DNA of 64,000 nucleotides, taken from contig OX597830.1 in NCBI GenBank assembly GCA_951406725.2, positions 52,390,001-52,454,000 of the forward strand, given 5' to 3'. Origin of the DNA: Octopus vulgaris. Lineage: Eukaryota. Both the position numbers and the translations under genes were made by a program. The notes below the pieces were generated by a model. That model did no database searches. It saw only the letters and a program-made list of their open reading frames with translations, and was not told where the DNA came from. This document shows positions 53,876 to 64,000 of the stretch, one piece after another; the stretch's first letter is position 1; every line of letters starts with the position of its first letter.

Positions 53876-54429
53876 GCCCTGATGCAGTACCAGGCAGTGG
53901 CTCTCATGGCTTCTGATCTTAACTGATTGGAAGTGTTATCATGTACATTGTTTTGTCTTGGTATAAAAGATGGGCTACAGCAAATATTCTGCTCAGTACC
54001 ACAGATTTGCTTGTCAGTTGTTTGACCTTAACCAGTTGAGCATGTCCCTTAGTGGCTGACGATATGTGCATCTCTGATCACGAGCAGAAGTAGTGGGGGA
54101 GCATCATAGCCATGTGTTGAGAGGGATTCTTTGGGGTTTGAATAGTTCACCTCTGGAAACATGGGTGGTTCTTTCAACATCCTCAAACAACCCTTATTCA
54201 GGGACCTTTTGAGCGGGATGGGCTACTCAACCTGAAGAAAATTCTAACTGGGCCCCACCTGCAAGGTCATGTGCTGTTTATCTTGATATGAGATCACCAT
54301 GTCGCGCACATATGGTTGTGAAGCATGTGCCTGGTGTACCCTTATCAGACGGGTAGTCATGATGGGTATATTGAGCTTCGTATATTTTACCCCAGTGTCA
54401 CTTTGATGGCATGAACTGCTCTCTCACTC
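53874..54429. mobile_element. ~555-bp non-coding element flanked on both sides by (TAA)n
   Basis: Sharp transition from (TAA)n to complex, GC-richer sequence and back; family identity is not established from this window. Confidence 0.55.
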
Positions 54430-54480
54430 AATAACAATAATAATAATAATACACTGTCAGAATGGTGGACGTTAAACAAC

Positions 54481-54546
<66 letters not shown>

Positions 54547-54557
54547 GATGGTGATGG

Positions 54558-54588
<31 letters not shown>

Positions 54589-54739
54589 GGTGGTGGTGGT
54601 GGTGGTGATGATGATGATGAAAAGTAAACATAAAAACATGCACGGAATTAAGTCATCAACAAGTCTCTTCTGCTAAGTCATGCGTGCAAAACAGGTTACA
54701 CTTAGTTGTTGTGTTGCCAGTTGTTGGGCTGCAAAATGC

Positions 54740-55000
54740 GACTGTGTGGTCCACGTTAGTTGCTATTTCTGCCGAATAAATTTTTCAGCGGCCTTGATAT
54801 GCCGTATACCCACAGTAAACTGTGAAATATAATCAAGGAGTTCCCTGAGTCTTGCTGTCTAGTATTCATCTGTGTTGATATACAATACGTTGGTTTTTGG
54901 TTGGAACATGGCGTACATGATCAAGTGGTCTTCCTTCCTAGAATGGCATGAGTTTATTGACAAATGAAAGTAGCTGGTTTTTCCCATCTGTGCTGCTAAT
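54740..55000 (-). mobile_element. Ty3/Gypsy RNase H remnant
   Basis: Minus strand F*EGRP... and LDYISQFTVGIRHIKAAE resemble the Gypsy FLEGR..DHKPL..LDYISQFTTDIRHIKG.EN pattern. Confidence 0.55.
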
Positions 55001-55549
55001 TTGAAAAGACACAGTTGAATGCGTTGAATGAACGATTTGTTAAAGTGCTTTGGCCATGAGAGTAGAGCGTGCAAATAATGAGGCAGCTGCCATTACGCAT
55101 GTCTGTCAGTGACTGAATTCCCTTTTCAGTCGCCATACGAAAGCTCTCCATTTGAAAGGAGATGGAAGAGAGGATAATAAAAAGACAAGCTCCTATATTA
55201 GAAGTATTTGAAGAGGAAATATCCAGAATATCATGGGAAGTTGTCATTCTTTAAACACAAATTTGTTGAAACCACGCGAATGAAAGGATACTGGACGTTA
55301 TAGCAAACTTGGAGAAGTTCAAGATCAACTTCACTCCATAACCACATTCGAAAGAAAAGAGTTTCCTTGGTGTTGAAGGATAAAACAAAAAATGAACCTA
55401 AGCTAATAGTGTTCTCAACATCATAGCTTGCAGAAGCAGGGGTTGTGGTGGTAAGCATTGCATCTGTGACATCTTTTGCCGCCTTTGATCTTCTCGTTGT
55501 AGTCGTAATAATTGGTCACCAATGTCACTCGGATGTTGCTGCTGCTGAG

Positions 55550-55586
<37 letters not shown>

Positions 55587-56059
55587 AAATAATAAGACTG
55601 GTAAGGGTGATTAGGTGATGGTCTAGGGCTTAGGGGCAGGAGACCCCAGACCTTGGAAAAAAAAAACTTTGGTCGTCTTATTGTAGTGGAGGGCTCTTCA
55701 TTGATGCCCGACACCACTGGGAGGTGGCCCTCGAAGTCGCTGGAAATGGAGATCTCCAGGTCCAAATTCTTGAACGGCTGCTGCTGCTGATGTCAGCTGT
55801 GGTGGCTGATTCAGTTCATGAATAAAAATATTTCTTGGGCTGCGTGTAGAAGTAACTGAACAACACATGCGAACATTTAACAGAAGATTTTATTATCGCA
55901 CCTAAATTCAAAACTGCGTTGGTCTTTTACAGATAACAACAGCAACAATTACACACTGGGAGAGATATATTGCAAGGAGATTACAAGCTAGTGATGCAGC
56001 AACATGCGGCTTCCCCGACATAACTGGAAACAATTAAGCTATCTAAACCATTTCACACG

Positions 56060-57372
56060 GTTGTTCGGGCAGGGCGATGCACTAGAGCATGGGGAGTCCC
56101 TAAAGGGCTTCTTTACCGGTTGGCCATGACTCTCAGCACGGGAGGCAAGGTGCTGTGGAGGCCAAAGAGGCGTTGGCTGAGTGCACCTGGGAAAAGTCGC
56201 CAGGGCTGGATGGTCTACCTTATGAGATTTATCATAGCATGCCGGACTTGTTCAGGGACCTGCTGGCCAGCATCTACACAAACTGGCAACAGAATGGGAG
56301 AATTCCCATCTCTGTGAGTTGGGGAGTGGTGATGCTGATCCATAAGGACCAGATCAAGGGGGATATTATAAGTAATTACGGGCTCATAACTCTACTCAAT
56401 GTAGAGTTAAAGATTTTCGTCCAGGTATTAATTAAAAGGCTGACGTGTGTCATGGAGAAACTTGTAGGGAAGGCGCAGACTTGCGCCATCCCAGGCAGGT
56501 CAAAGCAGGACAATCTTCACCTTATCTACTACACCTTGGACAGGTTAGGTAAATTAACCAGCAAAGGTTGGGCACTGGTCCATTTAGACTAAAATAAAGC
56601 GTTTGATAGGGTAGACCATCAGTACCTGGCAGTGGTCCTCAAAGCGGCTGGGCTGGGCCCTAACTTCCATGGTTGGAACTCCGCCATGTATAGCGGCATC
56701 AAATCCACAGCCCAGATAAACAGCTACCTGTCAGAGCCATTTTCGATCAAGCGTTCAGTTTGTCAAGGGTGTCCCTTGTCTCCGTTTCTGTATGTGTTGG
56801 CTCTTGAGCCATTACTGCAGAAGTTGGAGAATTTGGGGAATGCCCCCAATGAAATCGGTTGCGGTAAGTCAGTATCTGCTTACGCAGATGATATCACCAT
56901 CATATTGTCCAATGAGGCTCAGCTACCTTGTGTAGAGGAGGCTATCAGAGGATACGAGGCAGTGGCAGGGCCAAAAGTTAACAAGGACAAGTCCATCAGC
57001 TTGTGCCTCAGCACCTGGAGGAGCAAGTCGATATCGTCCAGTGTTATGGGTCACTGGACAGATGGTCCTGTTAAGTTGCTTGGAGTTTGATTTGGACCGG
57101 ACTCCCAGATGGAGAAGAAATGGAGTGAGGTGGCAGACAGGGTGGAGGACCTAGTCCAGACCTGGTCCGGAAGGTCTCTCTCTCCCTGAAAGGAAGGGCA
57201 GAGGTGGTACAGGTGTTTATTGCATCTGTAATCACCTACCGCCTGACCATTGTCCCTTGCCCCAACTCGTGGCCGAACAAGTTGGAGCCACTCCTCTTCC
57301 GCATATCGTGGAAGGGAGGAAAGCCACCTATAAGGCACTCTGTTTGCTGCCAGGATCCGCGAAAAGGTGGGT
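56060..57372 (+). mobile_element. Decayed L1/Tx1-like LINE RT fragment
   Basis: KSPGLDGLPYEIY, ITLLNVELKI, LD*NKAFDRVDH, QGCPLSPFLYVLALEPLL, YADDITI, KLLGV and RSLSLKG-like and RKGGL motifs. Confidence 0.92.
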
Positions 57373-58623
57373 TAACTCTTTCTTTGCCATTACCAACAGC
57401 ATTATCATCAGCACTGTCGCCACCACCACCACCAACAACTCTTCCTCATCATTATCATCATCATCATTATCATTAAGGCAACGAACTAGCAGAGTCGTTA
57501 GCACAAGGGACAAAATACTTTGCAGCATTTTTTCCGGCTCCCTATGTTCTCAGTTCAAATGTCGCTGAGGTCGACTTTGCCTTTCGAGCCTTTCGGAGTG
57601 TTGATAAATAAATACTGACTGAACTCTAGGTAGCGATGGCGGTCTCGTAGTGGTGGTGGTGGTGGTGGTGGTTGTGGCGGTGGCGGCGGCGGCGGTGGTG
57701 ATAGCAGTGCAAGTGGTTGTCGTTGTCATCATTGTCATTGTGATGCCAGTGGAGATAGTGGTCATCATTGTCGTTGTCGTCATCATCGTCATCATCGTCA
57801 TCGTCATCGTCGTCATCGTCATCATCGTCGTCGTTGTGATAGTTGTTGTGGTGGTGGTAGTGGTCGTGGTGGTCATGTTGGTGACAGGGGGAGAGGGAGT
57901 AGAGTAAAAGGTAATGGTGGTGGTGATTTGAGTGTTATACCAGGTGACACATTTAAGTGTCAATTGCAATCCAAGAACAAATGCAGTTCATTCAGCAGGC
58001 TTCCATACAGTTTCCATCTCTCCAATCTCGTTCACAATGTTTGAGTCTTCTAAAGGCTATTGCAGTAGATGTGTACTCAGTGATAGCAGTGAGATTGAAC
58101 CCAGAACCACATATTTCTAAACTTCACAACCAAGCTTGCTTTCATATTTAATAAGTCTCTCTTCTCCTTTATGACAATGAAATGTGATTCAATGAAGATT
58201 TAGGTGTTATTTCTAGCAAGTCAATCAACCACTTCGTTTTGCCCTTTACCAGGCAACGGGCAGATTATTTATCATTGATTTTTATTTTTATTTATATTAA
58301 TTGATCAATATTAATAGAAATACAGTGATTGATTAGTGCCAGTGCTGGTGGTCATATTTGGATAAATAACAGATAAAGAGAGACAAGTGAACCAGTTTCA
58401 GTAATATTGCTTTGCTTGTTGTCATATTGTGAAATGTGGGTGGTGTGTGTGTATGTGATGTGTGTGTGATGTGTAAGGGTGTATAGGGGTAATGTGTGTG
58501 TAGGTGAGTGTGTGAATATGAGAGTGTATTTATATGTGCGTTGTGTATAGGGTGTGCATCGGCGATACAGCTGAAGTGGATTTGTGGATACGTGTGTGAG
58601 TGTACTTTGTGTGTGTTGTGCAT

Positions 58624-58680
<57 letters not shown>

Positions 58681-59638
58681 ATGGGTAATGTGTGTATGTA
58701 TATATTTATATATGATTAAAGTCAGTCCAACAATGAATTGCTAGTTAATGGCTTGGAAAGTAAAAGTGATCTTTTTCTTTTAAAACCCATTTGAGGATTT
58801 GTGCCTTTTACTAAAGCCATCACATAAATATATCTCTTCTCGGTTAAATGCAATTCAGAACCATGACAACGAAAAGTGTGTATAAGATACGTGTGTCTCT
58901 TCAGGCGAAATCGCCCAAAATGAAAGCACATCATATATTGCATAACTTGCAGACGTATGGCCCCTTATGTGACAAAGATTGTTTCAGTTCATGAACCATT
59001 GAATGGTACATGCACAAAAAACAGACATGGATAAAAACTCTATCTGACAAACTAGAAGCTTTTGAAATGTGAACAAGCACAGGCATGGCTTGCTTCCCAA
59101 CCACATGGTTCCAGGTTCAATCCCACTGTGTATCACCTTGGGCAGATGTCTTCTACTATAGCCTCAGACTGACCAAAGCCTTGTGAGTGGATTTGGTAGA
59201 CAGAAACTGAAAGAAGTCCATCGTGGGTTTTTTTTCCTTTTCCTTCTTGAGTCTTGTTTCAGTTTTGCACCTTTTCAAATGGGATGGACATAACGAATGT
59301 AGTTTTTCTTCCATGGTGCACTGCCAACTCAATTATTTTCCTTCCATAAAAATATTGCCATTTTCTAGTCATAATTAAGATAGAGTTGTCTTTTTTTGTG
59401 TGTGTATTTTATCTTTGGCTTTTAATGAGGCGCTTTCCATTGATATATTTCTCCACAGAGAATTCTCTCTTGTCCCATACAAACAACATGTCCTGCTCAA
59501 CCACTTCAGCCTGCTCCATCACAAGAGAACCTCTATAAAGACATTTACTAACTCCAAGACCTCAACATCACTCATATACTCTTTCCAAAATATACATATA
59601 AAACTTGTCAAAAACACCTTTGCTGAAAAAAAATTCCA

Positions 59639-59836
59639 ACTTGTTTCAGTCATTTGACTATGGCCATGCTGGAGCACTGCCTTTAGTTAAGCAACTCAAC
59701 CCCAAGACTTATTCCTCGTAAGCCTAGTACTTATTCTATCAGTCTCTTTTGCCAAACTGCTAAGTTACAGGGACGTAAACACACCAGCATTGGTTGTCAA
59801 GCGATGTTGGGAGGACAAACACAGACACACAAACAT

Positions 59837-59891
<55 letters not shown>

Positions 59892-60074
59892 GTATATATA
59901 CATATACATATATATGACGGGCTTCTTTCAGTTTCTGTCTACCAAATCCACTCACAAGGCATTGGTCAGCCCAAGGCTATAGTAGAAGACACTTGCCCAA
60001 GGTGCCACGCAGTGGGACTGAACCCGGAACCATGTAGTTTGTAAACAAGCTACTTACCACATAGCCACTCCTGT
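59639..60074 (-). mobile_element. SINE family A, full length
   Basis: As other copies. Confidence 0.87.
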
Positions 60075-60979
60075 GTTTATGTTTCACTTGTTTTGAATAT
60101 ATAATTTCCATGTTGTGCAACCATACAAAAAAAAAAAGTTTGGAAAAATCAATATTTTCGTGTCATTTATTTGTATACGGCTGAGACTGCAGTGAAGATT
60201 GTAATCTTGCAAAGGATATTCGCGATTTCTGAATTCTATTTGCAATTTCATTATCAAGATTTTTGTTCTTGATTAACATGGTACCATGTTGATATTTGAG
60301 AGAGATATATTATTCAATGTTTTATAATTCAGAATACTCTCAAGAATCTTCAGGACAGGGCTGATAAAGAATAATTTTATCATGATTTATTGTCAGGCCT
60401 AACATGTTATGTGCCAAAGAAACTCTTAAGAAATTAAAGACATTTTTACAATATCACTGTCATCAACATTGTAAGAGGGTGTCTTAGCGTTACAAAAGTG
60501 TGTGGCTTAAAATTAATCCATTTAAGTTCAAATAACTGGTTAGTTGTGTGGTAACATATTAAACTACCCTCAGATTAGACATTCTTTTTTTTATATCTCT
60601 TATTTTAATCATTCGACTGTGGACATGCTGGGGCACCACCTTGAAAATAAATTTTAGTTGAAAGAATTCACCCTAGTACTTATTTTTTTGTGTTTATTAT
60701 GTGTGTGTGCGTGTGTGTCTGTGTTTGTCCCCTCAACATCACTCGACAACCAATGCTGGTGTGTTTACGTCTGGTTCGGCAAAGTGTCCGATAGAATAAG
60801 TACTAGGCTTACAAAGAATAAGTCCTGGGGGTCGATTTGCTTGACAAAAGGTGGTGTTCCAGCATGGCCACAGTCAAATGACTGAAACAAGTAAAAGAAT
60901 AAACGAATAAAAGAATATACACCAAATACTCTTTGATCAAAGGCTTGCCTGTTCCAGGTTAACCTAGGGCTAAGAAATT

Positions 60980-61016
<37 letters not shown>

Positions 61017-61020
<4 letters not shown>

Positions 61021-61330
61021 CATCATCAGCATCATCGTTTAATGTCCGCCTTCCATGCTGGCATAGGTGGAACAGTTTGACAAGAGCTGGCCAGGCAGGA
61101 GCCTGCACCAGACTTCTGCGTATGATTTGGCATGGTTTTTATGGCTGGATGCCCTTCCTAACACCAAACACTTAGCAGTGGACTTAGTGGTTTTTACATG
61201 GCACAAGTACAGGAGAAGTCAGTTTTGGCAAGGTTTTTACAGCTGGATGCCCTTCCTATCACCAGCCACTTTACAGTGTGGACTGGGTGCTTTTTAAGTG
61301 GCACCAGCACTGGCAGGGTCACCAAGTAAC
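61017..61330 (-). mobile_element. Non-autonomous RTE-related element (AGGAAGGGCATCCAGC motif twice, GAT-repeat tail)
   Basis: Minus strand ends CATGGAAGGCGGACATTAAACGATGATG; related pieces at ~54465 and 62465-62590. Confidence 0.55.
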
Positions 61331-61585
61331 TTGCAAGACAAAAATCTTTTGAGAGGAGAAGGGGTCATTGGAAGAGGTGATCTTGTGTCAGATGATGAAA
61401 GGTTAAAGTGAGACAAAGAGACAGAAACAGGTGTCTTGTTGTAAAGGAGGTACAAGAACTTTTGAGCGGGGAGAAAGAATTGGAAGTGGAGATCTTGTCC
61501 TAGATGATGGAAAGTTAGAGTGTGACACAGAGAAAGAAACAGATATCTTTTTTGTAGAGGAGGTACAGTAAGACACCTGTTTCTG

Positions 61586-61617
<32 letters not shown>

Positions 61618-61620
<3 letters not shown>

Positions 61621-61890
61621 GTTGAGTAAAAAGTAAGCAACGCTTTGAACCATAAAGAATTTGTACTGGGTTTTTGCTGAGTTTTGAATTTTTTTTAAAT
61701 ATTTTTTTTGCAATTCTCTGATAATACAGATATAGACTTGCCCAAATGCATCAATAAATTAACATTGATATTATTTTAACCATTGTTACAGTCATCTGAA
61801 ATGGAACTGTCAAAGTGCAATATTCAAGCAATTTTGCTATTCAACTTCAAAAAAGGATGTAAAGTAGCTGAAACTGCTCGCGATATCAAC
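61618..61890 (+). mobile_element. Mariner 5' fragment (TIR + transposase N-terminus)
   Basis: Follows (TA)n; CAGGTTGAGTAAAAAGTAAG terminus; ORF IQAILLFNFKKGCKVAETARDIN matches the mariner HTH start. Confidence 0.75.
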
Positions 61891-62595
61891 GGCGGTGGTG
61901 GCGGCAGTGGTGGCGGTGGCGATGGCGGCGGCGGCGGCGGTGGTGGTGGTGGTGAGTCAGTCCCAATATTTAGCTATATATACTTTATTTTGTTGACCTC
62001 AGAAGGATATAAAGTTAAGTCATCTTCAGCAGGGTTTGAACACAGAATGCAAAGAGCCGGAACGAATACTGCAGGATATCTGTGTCCAACATTCTAGAGT
62101 CTACCAGTCGACCTCCCCAACGTTGCTATGGCAACATGGTGCAGATATCATTGTCAAAGTATCTCTAACATTTAATTGCCTTCTCTTTGTTTTCTGTTTT
62201 TTTGTGTTGTCTTTTTATTGATCTGTTGTCTCTTGATTGGAAGTCAACATGGCTCATGCGAAATAACCACCGTTTCGATCAAATATTTTCGTTGTGTCTG
62301 TGATAGACATCACAAAGTGTTCAATTAATATCTTGCTTTCCATTCTGATGTATGTATGTATGTATGTATGTATGTATGTATGTATGCATGTATGTATGTA
62401 TGTATGTATGTATGTATGTATGTGCATGCATGTGTGTGTGTACATATGTATGTATGCATGTATGTCATTTTCCATGCTGGCATGAGTTGGACAGTTTGGC
62501 AGGATCTGGCAAGCTGCAAGATCGTGTTGAGCTCCAATGCTTCTTTTGGCAACGTCCCCATGGCTGTATGCCCTTCCTAATACCAACCTACTCAC

Positions 62596-62659
<64 letters not shown>

Positions 62660-62660
<1 letters not shown>

Positions 62661-62855
62661 CTTTCAAATTTTGGTACAAAGCCAGCAATTTTGGGAGAGG
62701 GGAGAAGTTGATTACATCAACCCAGTGCTCAACCAGTACTTATTTTATTGACCCCAAAAAGATGAAAGGCAAAGTCGATCTTAGCAGAATTTGAACTCAA
62801 AATGTAGACAGATGAAATTCTGCTAAGTATTTGGTCTTGTGTGCTAATGGTTCTG
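62660..62855 (-). mobile_element. SINE family B, diverged
   Basis: gatgaaaggcaaagtcga...gaatttgaactca core. Confidence 0.75.
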
Positions 62856-63189
62856 TAAGAAGAAGGAGGAGGATTTGATCTTGATTCCAGTGCCATAACA
62901 CCTTTCATCAGGCAGTTTGCAGAAACAATGAAAATTTCCTTAAAATTTCTCACAACAACCACTACCACTACCACAACCGTTATTAGCACCCACCTAAAAA
63001 TCTCCAGTCAACCAGATGACCAACGATCACTTTAAGTGCTCAACATCCCAGTTATCAAAGACTTCCAGAAAACAGGCTACAAAATGATAAAATCCATTAG
63101 GACAAGAAATCAACACCTCATCAATTTCTCTTGGTACAAGGATTTTAAAAAGATGTGTCACTGAAGTGATGGGTTTTTTTAAAATAACA

Positions 63190-63460
63190 ATAATGATAAT
63201 AATGAAATTATTGTATACAGTGCTCAGGTGTACCACAACTAGTCAAAAGTCTCTGTAAAGTATATGCAGTAATGTACAAATGTCTGGAAAGTGAACAGTG
63301 TATGAGTCAGATACATGCTTGTGTGTGTATGGAGGGGAGAAAATCAGGTGTAGTGTTGGCGAATCTCAGGAAGCATGGAAGTTTTGAAGGATGCAGTGCT
63401 CCGACAACTAACAACTGATGCTGGCAGTTTGTTCCATGCTTCAGCAACTCTTGTGCATAA
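63190..63460 (-). mobile_element. CR1-type LINE 3' end
   Basis: Minus strand RVAEAWNKLPASVVSCRSTASFK, followed by a 3' UTR and an (ATT)-type tail. Confidence 0.75.
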
Positions 63461-63829
63461 CCTTGGTCATCTGAAACTAAAAATATGAGAAACACAACAT
63501 AGAAACAAAATAAACAGCATCTCTAAATAAAGTTATTCCAAGATAATGGAAGAAATTATTGAATCTGAATCCTACAATGCTATAAAATTTAAAACAGTGG
63601 GAAAATTGCAATGTGTAACAGTTGAAGACTCAGTAAATTCATATACAAGGTCTGATCAATAAGTATCCGGATTGTTGCCATAGTAACAAAGTTAAAGCAT
63701 GCAGTATGAAGCTGCGAGGCAAAGATTGATCTTGAACTATGCTCACTGCCGCTCTTTACAGCAGTACTTGGAAGGAAGGGGTGTAGTGTGTGATTGTCAC
63801 ATATATATATATATATATATATATATACC

Positions 63830-64000
63830 CTGAGTGAAATGCTGGACATAAGAAGCATCAGATGTGGTGTGCAAGAGCGACGCTTGCGATGGTATGGTCA
63901 TGTACTGCGGATGGATGAGGAGAGATGTGTGAAGAAGTGCCACTCCCAAACAGTTGAAGGTATCAGGAGGAGAGGTAGACCCAGGAAGACATGGGATGAG
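63830..64000 (+). mobile_element. RTE LINE 3' ORF end
   Basis: RRLRWYGHVLRMDEERCVKK...RRRGRPRKTW. Confidence 0.88.

Noticed and set aside
58860-59000. Cys-rich YCITC..PLCDKDCF resembling a piggyBac C-terminal domain
   Set aside because: Requires frameshifts, with no catalytic domain or TTAA-bounded TIR found.
63643-63800. Mariner-like terminus TACAAGGTCTGATCAATAAGTATCCGGA
   Set aside because: No partner TIR or transposase sequence in the window; too short to support a call.

Overview
AT-rich, gene-poor eukaryotic DNA dominated by microsatellites ((TA)n, (TG)n, (TAGA)n, (TATG)n, (TAA)n, (GAA)n, (GTA)n) and transposable-element debris. The tRNA-derived SINE families present suggest an octopus/coleoid cephalopod genome; this is inferred from pattern recognition, not a database search. 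I see no intact host protein-coding gene, and almost all ORFs in the supplied track are microsatellite read-throughs. Recognisable content: three SINE families in many copies; decayed LINEs (R4/Dong-like with an RLE endonuclease, RTE, L1/Tx1, CR1-group); a Penelope-like element (PLE) with RT and GIY-YIG motifs; non-autonomous Helitrons; Tc1/mariner fragments; a Merlin-like MITE; and a Gypsy RNase H remnant. The most interesting signal is a dense set of about 10 type I hammerhead-ribozyme folds on PLE termini and short elements inserted in (TA)n. Many have palindromic, dimer-type stem III. The set includes a near-perfect palindrome carrying a hammerhead on each strand and a family with a non-canonical catalytic core but covarying stems. 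A 60-bp tandem repeat with a coding-like substitution pattern is the only candidate host exon.
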